Notes: generated by a model from the sequence alone, not told the origin. A DNA stretch of 64,000 nucleotides from Deltaproteobacteria bacterium (GCA_025358085.1 JANYKT010000140.1:40225-104224), one strand, 5' to 3'; shown: positions 50,136-61,691, counted from the stretch's first letter. Translations and numbers: made by a program.

Positions 50136-51659
50136 CTAATTCTTCTCCAACAGCTTGAAGCGGATTTCGCCGCCGCAGATCTCTTCGAGCAGATCGGACT
50201 TCTGCTTGGCGGACCAGACTTCCAGGTCCGACCCCGCCTCGGCCACCACATCGATCTGCAGCCCGGTCCCGCGGCGGGCGACCTTGACCGATCGCACTTG
50301 CCGCTTGTGTCCGCGATCGAGCCCGTCGGCCACCCGCAGCAGCGCCGCCAGCCGGCGCACCACGATGCGCTCCTCCATGGTGAGCCGCTGGAACTCCGCG
50401 TGGCGGTCCTTGGGCGTTCCGCGCCGGTGGTAGCGTGCGATGGTCGCCACCAGCTCGCGCTCGCGGTCGGTGAAGCCCGGCAAGTCAGCGTGGTAGAGCA
50501 GATAATAGCTGTGCTTGTGGTGCCGGTTGTAGCTGACGAAGGCGCCCACGTCGTGCAGCATCGCCGCCGCATTCAATAGGGCGCGCTCCTCTTCGCCCAG
50601 CCGGTGGATCTCGCGGGTCTGGTCGAACAGGCTCAAGCTCAATTGCGCCACCTGCTCGGCGTGCTGTTCGCGATAGCCGCAGCGCCGCCCGAAAGCGCGC
50701 AGCCCCTCCAGCACCGCCGCCTCCTGGTGCAGCCCCGCCTTGGGCACCCGCACCACGCGGCGCACCAGATCCGCCATCAGACCGTCGCGCAAGGATCGCG
50801 TGGTGACGGTCAGCTCCTCGATGCGGAGCTTGCGCATCACCCCTTCAAGGATGGCGGTGCCGGCGTAGATGATGTCCAGCCGCTGCTAGTCCACGCCCAG
50901 CTTGCGCCGCTGCTTGGCCGTCGTGCCGCGCAGGTGCTCGAGAACCCGCCGCACCTCTTCGTGCTTGACCGGCGCCGATCCGCCCGGGGCCTGGTGGTGC
51001 AAGCGACGCGACAGCGCCGCCACCGCGCCAGTGGTCCCCGCCGCGCCGGTGATGCGCTTGAACTTGCCCACCAGCAGCGGATCGATCTGGGCCACCGCGT
51101 CCTGCACCGACTCTTCGACCAGCCGGATCTCCTTGCGGCTGATGGGGTCGGTCTTGACGAAGAACTCGGTCAGCCGCACCGAGCCGAGCTGCAGGCTCAT
51201 CGACGACTCGGGCTCCTCGCCACGCGCCGCGATGATCTCGGTCGAGCCGCCGCCGATGTCCAGCAGCAGCGCGCGCTCGGTCGGCGGGCCGCCCTGCAGC
51301 ACGCCCAGGCAGACCAGCCGCGCCTCTTCCGCGCCGCTGATCACCTCGATATGAATTCCGCAGTGAGCGCGGATGGTCCGCACCAGCTGCTGGCGGTTCG
51401 ACGCCTCGCGCACCGCCGCCGTCGCCACTGCGCGCACGCTGGTTGCGCCCGCCCGCTGCGCCAGACCGGCAAATCGCGCCAGCACCACTGCGGTCCGCGC
51501 GATGGCATCGGCCGCCAGCCGCCCGGTGCGAAAGACCTGCTCGCCCAGACGCACCGCCGCGCGATCTTCCGACAGCACGACCACCGATCCGTCGGGCGAG
51601 GCCTGCGCGATCTGGAGCCGGACCGCGTTGGAGCCGAGGTCGACCACCGCGAGGACCAT
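50136..51659 (-). CDS. ppx: Ppx/GppA exopolyphosphatase with HD domain, one in-frame TAG at 50886-50888
   Basis: VDLGSN, AT.AVREA.N, ISG.EEA, DIGGGSTE; reads LGVD*QRLDIIYAG through the TAG; then LHDVG, HHKHSYY, ARYHR, LRVADGLD. Confidence 0.9.
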
Positions 51660-51670
51660 CCCCGCTCTCC

Positions 51671-52432
51671 TCAAAGTGCGTCCATGCGAAAGTCCGCGAT
51701 GGATGGAATCGAGGGCAGCACCTCGACCGGCCTCCGCGAGTGGTCGGTGTCGAGGTGGACGATGGCCGCGTCCGGGAACGCGCGCTTGTACGCATTGACG
51801 TGCGTGGGCTCGTTGTCAAAAGCGCTAGCGATGCCGCGCATCGACAGCAGCCGGTCGTGGCAGATCTCCTTCCAGCGATCGTCGTCATCGGCGAGCACCG
51901 GCTTGAGCCAGAGCTGAACCCGTGCGCCATCGGGCAGCGGCAGGCCTGCGCGGCGGAAGCTCTCGACGGTGCCCTCGCCCATCTCCTGGGGACGGCCGGT
52001 GATGTAAAGAATTTCGGCGCCGCGCTCGAGCATCGCCTGGAGGAAGTCGCGCGCGCCCGCGACCGGTAGATCCTCGCGGCAGTAGGCGCTGGTGAAGAAG
52101 CGCTCGCGCCAGAACTCTTGCAGCCGCGGATGGATTTCTTCGGCTTCCGCCTCGGTGAAGCCGCAGAACCGCGCCGAATCACGCAGGTCCCAGGAGACGA
52201 TGGCTTCGGGCGGACAGCGAGCGAGTCGCTCGTCGCCGGTCGCCTCGCCAAACTCGCGGACGATGCGCGCCTGCCGCACGTGATTCATCAAGAGCGTGCT
52301 GTCGAGATCGAAGGCTGCGGCCGGGCGCTCGGGCGTCAGCGCCTCGAGCGTCCGATTGAGAATGCGTGCCTGCTGGCTTGCAATCACGCGGCTGCCGAAC
52401 GCTGCCTGCCAGGAGGGAATCGCCGGGGCCAT
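51671..52432 (-). CDS. HAD-superfamily (acid phosphatase-like) protein
   Basis: FDLDSTL, YITGR, LKP, FDNE. Confidence 0.78.
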   Translation of the reverse strand: MAPAIPSWQAAFGSRVIASQQARILNRTLEALTPERPAAAFDLDSTLLMNHVRQARIVREFGEATGDERLARCPPEAIVSWDLRDSARFCGFTEAEAEEIHPRLQEFWRERFFTSAYCREDLPVAGARDFLQAMLERGAEILYITGRPQEMGEGTVESFRRAGLPLPDGARVQLWLKPVLADDDDRWKEICHDRLLSMRGIASAFDNEPTHVNAYKRAFPDAAIVHLDTDHSRRPVEVLPSIPSIADFRMDAL

Positions 52433-52597
52433 TGGGGAAAGGAAGTACCAGACCCGCCGCGAGATGGGCAAAACGCTTCTGCGAAAATGGACAATCGATT
52501 TCCGTTTGCGGCGACCGCTGTCTCGCCCGCACGGGCGACTGCGGTTGGCTCGCGGCTCGCAACGCACATTCTTAGGGGACTCGCGAGGGGCTGAAAT

Positions 52598-54373
52598 ATG
52601 AAAGCGTTGGCGTTGGGGTTTTGTGCGGTGGTGGTGTTGGGCGCTTGCGTGCGCGGATCATCTGGGTCAGGCAACGTCGAGGTGAACTCCGTTGACGCGG
52701 GCATTCCCGACGCCGGCCCCGGGAACCCAGGCGTTGACGCAGGTCCCGCGGACGCGGGTCCGGCCGACGCCGGTCTGATCGACGCCGGTCTACCGGACGC
52801 CGGTCCAGCCGACGCGGGTCGAGTCGATGCCGGTCAACCGGACGCCGGTCTGGTTGACGCGGGTCTCCCGGACGCCGGTCCGGCCGATGCGGGCCAAACA
52901 GATGGCGGCCCCGCCGATGGCGGCGGCGACGGGGGCACCCTCGGGTTCGGGGGCCCTGGCCCTTGGCCAATGCAGAACGTCACCTACGGCCAGAACGACG
53001 GAATCCAGGAAACGCCCATCGTCGGCATGAGCACCGACGAGACGCAGAACCTCTGGGTGGCCACGCACGCCGCGGTCTATCTGCGGCGTCCCACGGATCT
53101 GAAGTTCACCCGCTACGACGTCAAGAGTGGGCTGCATATGGCGGGCAACAACACGAAGTACTGCGACAGCAGCAACTTCCTCGACGCCCAGGGCCGTGCG
53201 GCCGGGCTTCCGGAGCCCGACAAGGCCTGTCCCATCTATGGCGCGGCGGACAACAGCGGCATTTCCGAAATCGTCGGTGGCGGGCCGAACGAGGTCTTCG
53301 TCGGCTACAACGGCACGCACAATTGGAATGATCAGAACGACGGCACCTGGGCCGACCCGCTCCGTCACACAGGAATGCTCGACCGCGTGAAGGTCAAGCC
53401 GGACCAGACCCTCCAGATCGATCGACTGCAGATGGTTGCCGGCAACAGCGTCGCCTTCTGGCACAACCGCGACGTGATGCGCCTGGTCTACGACCACTTC
53501 AAGCATCCGCACGACCTCTACGTGGGAACCAACCACGGCATCGACAAGATGACGCCCGACGCGTTCGTGGCGCAGGCGGCAACCTTCGAAGGCGAAGTGA
53601 CGAATCCGTCCCAGACGTATCCCTGGCTATCCGACCATCTGCACCCTCAGGTGTGCTCGTGCGGTCCATGCCCGGACAAAACCGAGGGCTCCCTGCTGCT
53701 CGGCGACTGGCGCGGTCTCGCGGTCACCGCCAACGGCAATTTGTTGGTTGGCGGTCGGTGGGGAGCAGGCAAAATCCTCTGGGACGCAATCAACGGCAGC
53801 GCGGATCAGAAGAGCGGCTGGTACCAGCGCAACAACCTGGCCTACGAATTCGCGATGGGCGACGGGTATGGCGGCGGCTGCACCAGCGGCCGTCCGGTCT
53901 TCTGCGTGAGCCGCGAGGGCGACGTGGTCGCCATCAGCGCGGTGACCGAGACCCCCAACGATGGGCTGCAATGGTTCGCGAGCGGCTCGTACGGAACCCA
54001 GCCTGACCAGCTCTGCTCGGATCAAGTTGCCTATAAAGGGCAGAAGAACGTGGGCGACAGGGACCTCGGCGTGGCGTCTTACGATCCGAAGACCGGCCAG
54101 TTCGCCTACTACACTGCGGCGGACGTCGGTCTGGCCGACCCCAACGTGCGCGACATGATGGCTTTGCCGGACGGCCGCATTGTCTTCGCGAGCCACCGCA
54201 ACGGCCTCGCCATCTGGAACCCGAAGACCAAGCTGATCGTCCCGATGAACGCCAGCACGCGCCACCTGCCCGACGACGCGGTCGAGCGCATCGAGCTGGA
54301 TCTAATGGTCTCGCCGCCGATCCTTCACGTCTCGACGAATTCAGGGGCGACCTCGATTCGCCTGCCCAAGTGA
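52598..54373 (+). CDS. Lipoprotein, probable beta-propeller, with DAG-repeat stalk
   Basis: Lipobox LGAC, (DAGxx)n, blade-like motifs DE.QNLWVAT, LYVGT, PDGRI. Confidence 0.8.
   Translation: MKALALGFCAVVVLGACVRGSSGSGNVEVNSVDAGIPDAGPGNPGVDAGPADAGPADAGLIDAGLPDAGPADAGRVDAGQPDAGLVDAGLPDAGPADAGQTDGGPADGGGDGGTLGFGGPGPWPMQNVTYGQNDGIQETPIVGMSTDETQNLWVATHAAVYLRRPTDLKFTRYDVKSGLHMAGNNTKYCDSSNFLDAQGRAAGLPEPDKACPIYGAADNSGISEIVGGGPNEVFVGYNGTHNWNDQNDGTWADPLRHTGMLDRVKVKPDQTLQIDRLQMVAGNSVAFWHNRDVMRLVYDHFKHPHDLYVGTNHGIDKMTPDAFVAQAATFEGEVTNPSQTYPWLSDHLHPQVCSCGPCPDKTEGSLLLGDWRGLAVTANGNLLVGGRWGAGKILWDAINGSADQKSGWYQRNNLAYEFAMGDGYGGGCTSGRPVFCVSREGDVVAISAVTETPNDGLQWFASGSYGTQPDQLCSDQVAYKGQKNVGDRDLGVASYDPKTGQFAYYTAADVGLADPNVRDMMALPDGRIVFASHRNGLAIWNPKTKLIVPMNASTRHLPDDAVERIELDLMVSPPILHVSTNSGATSIRLPK
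52694..52935 (+). repeat. (DAGxx)n pentapeptide coding repeat
   Basis: About 13 GAYGCNGGN units at mostly 15-bp period, followed by DGG variants. Confidence 0.8.
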
Positions 54374-55797
54374 GCGCCCTCCGCCCCTCGTTGGTCTTCG
54401 CCGCGCTGCAGCTTGTGATGGGTCTGGTGGGGTGCGGGAGCCGCAGCGGCTCCCTGCCCGGAAGCGGCGGCAGCGGCAGCGGCGGCAGCGGCGGCGGCGG
54501 CGGCTTCGGCGGCCCCGGCCCGTGGGGCGCGGACAACGCGGTCTACGGCGCTGCCGAAGGGATCCGGGAAGCGCCGGTGGTCGGCATCTCCACCGACGAG
54601 TCGCAGAATCTCTGGATCGCCACCAACGCCGCGCTGTACCTGCTCAAGCCCGGCGAAAAGTCCTTCCGTCGCTTCGACGCGCGCGACGGGCTGCACCTGG
54701 CAGCAAATCCCGTCGCCTATTGTGACAGCGCCTTCGCCGGCGGAGACAAGGCGTGCCCCATCCAGGGCGCCGCCAGCAACGCCGGCATCAGCGAGATCGT
54801 TGGCGGGGGGCCCAATGAAGTCTTCGTCGGCTACTTCGGCGACGACGAGGGCAACGGCGACTGGAGCGACGCGGCCCGCCACAGCGGCAAGCTCGATCGC
54901 GTTCGTTTGAGCACCACCGGTCTCGCCGTCGAGCGGTTCGATTTGGTCTCCAGCACCACCGCGCAGTTCTGGCACAACCGCACCGTCCAGCGGCTCCTCT
55001 ACGATCACTTCCAGCACCCGCACGAGCTCTACGTCGGCACCAATCACGGCGTCGATCGCCTGCTGCCGGACCAGTACCGCGCGCCCCGGCAGGGCGAATG
55101 GTTTCTCGCCGCAACGCAGGACTGGATGAGCGATCACCTGCACCCGCAAGTCTGTTTCCACCGCGCCTGCGACACGTCCGAAAGCGGCCTCATGCTGGGC
55201 GACTGGAAGGGCCTCGCGCTCGGCCCCGACGGCAACCTCTGGGTCGGCGGCCGCTGGACCGGCGGCCTCATCCGCACCACCGCCGCGCTGCGCGACTGGC
55301 TCAACCGCCCCGGCGACCAGATCTACGCGCTGGCGTTCGGCGACGGCTATGTCTCGGGCCACTGCAATGCCGAGGGCTTCTGCAACCAGCCGGTGTTCAT
55401 GGTCCCGCAGGAGGGCGACGTGGTCTCGGTGCAAGCGGTCGCGGTCACCCCCGACGGACGGGCATGGTTTGCCAGCGGCAAGACCAATGGCTCCGATCAG
55501 CCCCGCGGTCTCGCGGTCTGGGAGGGGAAAAACTTTCGCTATTATGACCCTCGGAACGACCTCGGAATGGCCGAGAGCGACGTGCGCGACCTGGTGGCGC
55601 TTCCGGACGGACGGCTCGCGATTGCGGGCGCCTCCACCGGCGTGACCGTCTGGGACCCGAAGACTGGCGCGCACATGTCCATTCCCGGATTACCGGACCC
55701 GCATGTGTTGCGAATGGAACTCGACACCATGGTGTCGCCTCCCGCCCTGCACATCGCCACTTATGGCGGCGCGGTCTCGCTCAGAAAGTGGCCTTGA
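54370..55797 (+). CDS. Lipoprotein paralogous to the upstream gene
   Basis: Lipobox LVGC, GGS linker; shares GFGGPGPW, EIVGGGPNEVFVGY, FWHNR, LYVGTNHG and SDHLHPQVC; GTGA overlap. Confidence 0.82.
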   Translation: MSALRPSLVFAALQLVMGLVGCGSRSGSLPGSGGSGSGGSGGGGGFGGPGPWGADNAVYGAAEGIREAPVVGISTDESQNLWIATNAALYLLKPGEKSFRRFDARDGLHLAANPVAYCDSAFAGGDKACPIQGAASNAGISEIVGGGPNEVFVGYFGDDEGNGDWSDAARHSGKLDRVRLSTTGLAVERFDLVSSTTAQFWHNRTVQRLLYDHFQHPHELYVGTNHGVDRLLPDQYRAPRQGEWFLAATQDWMSDHLHPQVCFHRACDTSESGLMLGDWKGLALGPDGNLWVGGRWTGGLIRTTAALRDWLNRPGDQIYALAFGDGYVSGHCNAEGFCNQPVFMVPQEGDVVSVQAVAVTPDGRAWFASGKTNGSDQPRGLAVWEGKNFRYYDPRNDLGMAESDVRDLVALPDGRLAIAGASTGVTVWDPKTGAHMSIPGLPDPHVLRMELDTMVSPPALHIATYGGAVSLRKWP

Positions 55798-55851
55798 AGA
55801 TGCAGTGACTGCGGGCCAAGGGACGCAAGCTGCGCTGCGTGGGAGAAATCA

Positions 55852-56001
55852 ATGAAGACGAAGAGCCTGCGAATGAAGAATGGAAAGCTGTTGGGCGCCC
55901 GGGTCGTCGAGTTGTGCGACCTGTCGGCGGCGCGGACGGCACGCTCGCTGGGCCGCGTCCCGCGCCGGCGCCGCGGGGCCTCATGGGCGCGCGCGGCCTG
56001 A
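55852..56001 (+). CDS. Small basic hypothetical protein (49 aa)
   Basis: GGGAG SD 6 nt before ATG; MKTKSLRMKNGKLLGARVVELCDLSAARTARSLGRVPRRRRGASWARAA; fills the intergenic gap. Confidence 0.45.
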   Translation: MKTKSLRMKNGKLLGARVVELCDLSAARTARSLGRVPRRRRGASWARAA

Positions 56002-56010
56002 GCAAAGGCA

Positions 56011-57452
56011 TTATAGGTCGACCGGCACCGCGTTCTCGTCGGCCTTCTCGTCCGACAGCGCCGCGGCGGCCTCGGCACAGGTGCGGGCTAGTTCGGGTCG
56101 CTCCTTCCAGCGCGCCAACTCTGGCTCTTCGCAAGGGAGCTTGTTGAATCCCCCAGCGCGCGCTTTTTTCAATTCATCGACGGCTTCTGCATACTTGTTC
56201 TGCCTGGCATCAATGCGCGCCAGATCGCTGTGCGCGAGACCGCGCGTCTTCGCCTCGTCGTCGCGGTGCGCAGCGGCGATGCACTGCTCCAGCGCCGCGC
56301 GCGCCTCCTTCAGCTTGTGGGCGCGAAAGTAGACATAGCCCAACCGCAAGAGCGCCAGCGGACGCGGCGGGACGGCGTGCGCGGCCCGCTGCAGGAGCGG
56401 CTCGGCCCGCGCGTCGCGGCCCGCGTCGATATACCGCGAGGCCGCTTCTATCTGCACCTCCGGATCATCCGGACTCAAAGCCAGCGCCTTCTCGCTCACT
56501 TCAATGGCCTCATCGAATAGCTTCAGCCTGGCCAGCTCGCGCGACTTCTTGCCCAGCGCCCAGGGATGGCCCGGCGCCCGCGCGAGATATCGATTCAGGA
56601 TCGCCAGCGCCTCCTGGTCTTCTCCTTTCTCGATTCGAACTTCGACCATGATTCCGAGGGCGTGCAGGAAGCCGGGCCGCTCCTCGACGGCATCGTGCAG
56701 CACGCCGCGCGCGGCCCCGAGGTCGTGCAGCTGCTGCGCCGCGAACGCATCGGCGAGCGAGGCCAGGGGAACGAACCGCAACGCGCTCGCCGCGCGCGCC
56801 TCCTCCCGCGCCGGCCCCGGTTTCCCTTGCGCCAGCAGCGCCACCGCGAGACCGGCATGCGCGAGACCGCAGCCCGGGTCGGCGTTGATCGCCAGCCCGC
56901 ACTCCTTCTCCGCAAGTCCCGCCTGCTCCGGGTCACCGGGATCTGCGACCGCGAGTCCAGCTGCTGCCGCACCAGCACCAGCTCGCAACGCACCGCGTGT
57001 TCCAGGGCCTGCACGCTCCTGGTCATGGGACCCAGCGTGCCCGGTTCACCCAGCAAAGCGCGCCCAAGCTTCTGCGCCAGCACCGGCAGCTGCGCGCGCG
57101 TTCCTTCCTCTTTCGCGGTGACCAGAACCACGCCGTCCCGCACCCGCAAGCGCCGCGCCAAAAGCGCGAAGCTGTTCTCCCGAACGGTGACCTCGCCGAC
57201 GACCAGGTCCGTCGCACCGAGCGCCCGAGCGGCCTCGCCGGCCCGCGGCAGGGTCGTCGCCTCTTCAAGCTTCAGGTCGCGCCGCCGCAGCACCGCGTCC
57301 AGCTGTTCCAAGGTGATGAAGTTGCCGCGATTCGCCTGCACCACCACGTCGATCACGCTCTCGGCCACGGCGACACCGGCCCACGCAGCCTCGCCTTGCA
57401 CGGCAAACGGCGCGACCAGGATGGTTTGAGCCGCCAGCAGGGCAATCAGCAT
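56011..57452 (-). CDS. TPR protein with N-terminal TolB_N/CsgG-like domain, frameshifted at about 56930
   Basis: TILVAPF..., LGATDLVVGEV, then TPR helices. Adding one base to the GGG run at 56930-56932 joins the two ORFs (..IPVT-P-EQAGLAEK..). Confidence 0.72.
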
Positions 57453-57499
57453 ACGGTCATATGTACCAGCGAACCGCGACTAAGGTACCGTGCGCCACC

Positions 57500-58978
57500 A
57501 TGGCCCTCGAGATTCATTACCCGGACGGTCGCGTCGAGCTGGAAGACAATCTGCGCGTGGAGCACTCGCCGCTCTTCAATGAAGACCTCGCGCCCGTCCG
57601 GGTCAAAGACCGGAACTGGTCCACCTACAATTTCGCCGCGCTCTGGGTTTCAATGGCCCATTGCATACCGACTTATATGCTCGCCTCGGGATTGATGGAC
57701 AAGGGAATGAGCTGGAGCCAGGCGCTCTGGACCATCCTGCTCGGCAACCTGATCGTGTTGGTCCCCATCTTGATGAACAGCCACCCGGGCACCAAGTATG
57801 GCATTCCTTTTCCCGTCTTTGCCCGCGCGAGCTATGGAGTCTATGGCTCGAATCTTCCCGCGCTGCTGAGGGCTCTGGTCGCCTGCGGGTGGTTTGGTAT
57901 CCAGGCGTGGATTGGCGGTCAGGCCGTCTATACCTTCCTGCGCGTGCTGTTTCCCTCGTGGCCCGCGCTGCTGGGCGCGTTCGGGGGCCATCCGACCACG
58001 GAATGGATCAGCTTCATGCTCTTCTGGTCGCTCAACATCCTCATCGTCTATCGCGGGATGAACCTGCTGCGCGTCGTCGAGAATTGGGCCGCGCCTTTCG
58101 TGCTGGTCATGACGGCTGCGCTGGTCTGGTGGGCCATCGACCGCGCGCACGGCCTCGGCCCCATCCTGGCGCAGCCCGGCCGGTTGAATGGTGCTGCCTT
58201 CTGGCCGGCCTTCTTTCCGGCCTTGACTGCGATGGTCGGCTATTGGGCAACCCTCTCTTTGAACATGCCTGATTTCACCCGCTTCGGGCACAGCCAGCGC
58301 GAGCAGGCCTTCGGACAGGTGGTGGCGCTCCCGACCACCATGACCCTCTTTGCCGGTATGGGCGTGGTGATTACCAGCGCGACCGCAATCATCTATGGGA
58401 AAGCCATCTGGGAGCCGGTGGAGCTGGTGGGAAAGTTTCAAAGCCCGCTGGTCGTCGCCATCGCCATGTTCACCATCGTGGTGGCGACATTGAGTGTGAA
58501 CATCGCCGCCAACGTGGTCTCGCCTGCCAATGACTTTTCCAATGCTTTCCCGAGGTGGATCAACTTCCGCACCGGCGGGCTCATTACCGGCCTCATCGGT
58601 ATCGCGATGCAGCCCTGGCGGCTGCTGGAATCTGGCGAGCGCTATATTGGCTGGCTGATTACCCTGAGCGGCGGGATGGGCACGATCGCGGGCGTCCTCA
58701 TCGCCGATTACTGGGTCGTGCGCCGCCGGAAGCTGCAGCTGGAAGATCTGTATCTGGTCGAGGGGGCCTATACCTATCGCGGCGGCTGGAGCCCCAAGGC
58801 CGTGGCAGCAACGGCCTTCGGGTGCGCGCTGGCCTGGTCGGGCCTGATCTTTCCGCCGCTCGCGCCGCTGGTCGATTACGGCTGGTTCGTGGGCGCGTTC
58901 GGCTCGGCCGCGCTCTATCTCGTCCTCCATCGCTTGTCCCCGCGGCCCCGCATTGAAATGGCAGTGAACCCGAATTGA
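57500..58978 (+). CDS. NCS1 nucleobase:cation symporter
   Basis: NEDLAP, W....F..LW, GIPFPV..RAS.G..G, WFGIQ.W.G, WATL.LNMPDFTRF, NIAANVVSP. Confidence 0.93.
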   Translation: MALEIHYPDGRVELEDNLRVEHSPLFNEDLAPVRVKDRNWSTYNFAALWVSMAHCIPTYMLASGLMDKGMSWSQALWTILLGNLIVLVPILMNSHPGTKYGIPFPVFARASYGVYGSNLPALLRALVACGWFGIQAWIGGQAVYTFLRVLFPSWPALLGAFGGHPTTEWISFMLFWSLNILIVYRGMNLLRVVENWAAPFVLVMTAALVWWAIDRAHGLGPILAQPGRLNGAAFWPAFFPALTAMVGYWATLSLNMPDFTRFGHSQREQAFGQVVALPTTMTLFAGMGVVITSATAIIYGKAIWEPVELVGKFQSPLVVAIAMFTIVVATLSVNIAANVVSPANDFSNAFPRWINFRTGGLITGLIGIAMQPWRLLESGERYIGWLITLSGGMGTIAGVLIADYWVVRRRKLQLEDLYLVEGAYTYRGGWSPKAVAATAFGCALAWSGLIFPPLAPLVDYGWFVGAFGSAALYLVLHRLSPRPRIEMAVNPN

Positions 58979-60494
58979 GCGTCGTCCTGCTCTTGTGCGC
59001 CGTCGCAGCCTCGGGCGGCCTTGCGCGCATACAAGCCCAGGGCGAGCTGCGCTGGGCCGGCGACCTGCAGGGCGGCGAGCCGTATGTCTTTCGCGACCCG
59101 CGCGATCCGTCGAAATTGATTGGATTCGAGGTCGACCTCGCCAAGGCGCTCGCCGCCCGGTTGCAGGTCCGCCAGAAATTCATTCAGAACGACTGGGGCA
59201 ATCTGGTTCCGTCGCTGGAGCGCGGCGACTTCGATATCATCCTGAATGGTCTGGAGGACACGCCGCAGACGCGAGGGCGTATTCTCTTGTCGCGTCCGTA
59301 CTTCGCCTTTGCCGAGCAATTGGTGGTGCGACGTGGCGCTCCTTTGCGCTCGCTTTCGCAGCTCGACGGGCACCGGGTGGGGACGCTCTCATCATCGCTC
59401 GCGCAGCTGCTCTTGCGCGCGCACCCGCGCATTGAAATCGTTCTCTATGGCGGACAGGAAGAGCCTTATCGAGACCTCGAGTTGGGCCGCACCGACGCGG
59501 TGCTGCTCGATTCTGTGATCGCTGCCCGCTATGGCCTGACCAAGCCCGGCCTGGAGCTGGCCGATCCGGACGTGGCCCGCGGCACCTATGTCATCGGTCT
59601 GCGACGCGCCGACGAGGACCTGCGCGCTTCGATCGATTCCGCGCTCGCGGCACTGGAGACGAGCGGCGAACTCTCGGCCATCTATCAGCATTGGCGCTTG
59701 TCCCAGCCGGCCGCGACAGCGTCGTCTGCGGCAGCGTCGTCTGCGGCGGCGTCGTCTGCGGCGGCGTCGTCTGCGACAGCGTCGTCTGCGACAGCTTCAC
59801 CGGGGCCGGCCGGACCCTCGCCCGCGGTCTCCGATGACCCGCAGGCGCAGTTCGACCTTCCGCAAATACTTCTCTTCCTGCGCGGCGCCTGGGTGACGCT
59901 TTTGATCTCGACGCTCGCCATGGCGCTGGCGGTGCCGCTGGGCCTCGCGCTCGCGCTCGCGCGCACCTACGGCGGGCGGCCTCTGCGGCTCGCCGCGCAT
60001 TGGTATGTCGAGCTGTTCCGCGGAACGCCGGTGCTGCTGCAGCTCTATCTCCTCTATTACGGCCTCGCGCCGGTCGTCCACCTGTCGGCGCTGTCCGCCG
60101 CCATCTGGGGCCTGGGCCTGAACTATGGCGCTTACGAAGCCGAGGTGCACCGCGCTGCCCTCGGCGCCATCCCCGTGGGACAGGGCGAGGCCGCCGCGGC
60201 GCTGGGGCTCTCGCGCGCGCAATCCCTGCGGCTGGTGTTGCTGCCGCAGGCCCTGCGCACGGCCCTGCCTGCGATGACCAACGATTTGATTGCCTTGTTG
60301 AAGGACAGTTCGCTCGTCTCGGTGATTACGGTGGTTGAATTGACCAAGCAAATGACCATCACCGCCGTCGATGTTCGTTCCTGGGCGCTGCCCGGGCTTT
60401 TCTGCGGGCTTCTTTACTTTGCCATGAGCTATCCGCTGGGCCGGCTGGCGGCGAGGCTCGAGGCGCGACTCGAAGGCAAAGCCGAGCTGGCAAC

Positions 60495-60498
<4 letters not shown>
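58975..60498 (+). CDS. Polar amino acid ABC transporter, fused substrate-binding + permease protein
   Basis: GFEVDL, W.NL...L..G.FD (SBP_bac_3); FRGTP.L.QL, AY.AE, GQ.EAA.ALG, LKDSSL. Confidence 0.92.
59713..59799 (+). repeat. 15-bp tandem repeat (about 5.8 copies) encoding A(A/T)ASS
   Basis: GCG(A/G)C(A/G)GCGTCGTCT units in the SBP-permease linker. Confidence 0.9.
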
Positions 60499-61241
<743 letters not shown>

Positions 61242-61394
61242 GCACCCACTGTTGTCCAAAATGACCTGCGGACTACAAGAGCTGGTCCTGAAGGACTCGT
61301 CCCGGGACGAGCTGCACCTGCCATGCGAACGGCCTGCGCCTCATCGGCTGCTCAGAGCCGGAACGGCTCTCCGTGAGGGCCGGTCCGCTTGCGC

Positions 61395-61691
61395 GTGTCC
61401 CCTCGGATAACAAACGGCGTCGAAGTCGGCAGCTTCCACCTCGGACAGCTTGCCGGTCGCCACGAGCACAGCCTGCGCAGCAGTGTCCGCATTGAAACGC
61501 CCAGTGGCGGCGCTCTGCGCATCCGGCTCGTCGCTTTTCCGATCGAGCGGTGGATTGGCCGCCCTGCGGCGAGACCTCGGTAACGTTGGCGCCGGCATCG
61601 TTCAGCGTTTAGGAAGTTACGATGCTGCTAGAGCCAAAAGCAGATTTTCTTGCAAGTGGTGCCGAGCTGGTCGTGCGAGGTCAGTATTCAT
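61395..61691 (-). pseudogene. DJ-1/PfpI (type 1 glutamine amidotransferase-like) pseudogene
   Basis: ILTSHDQLGTTCKKICFWL* / LNDAGANVTEVSPQGGQ / PPLDRKSDEPDAQ...DFDAVCYPRGH in shifting frames; truncated. Confidence 0.85.

Noticed and set aside
47335-51659. Genome-wide TAG reassignment (code 15-like)
   Set aside because: TAG ends genes at natural termini in this window (2684, 28567, 40677 after the MYXO-CTERM tail, 49368, 50136, 61241).
52694-59799. Repeat arrays as CRISPR
   Set aside because: In-frame coding repeats without unique spacers; no cas genes.
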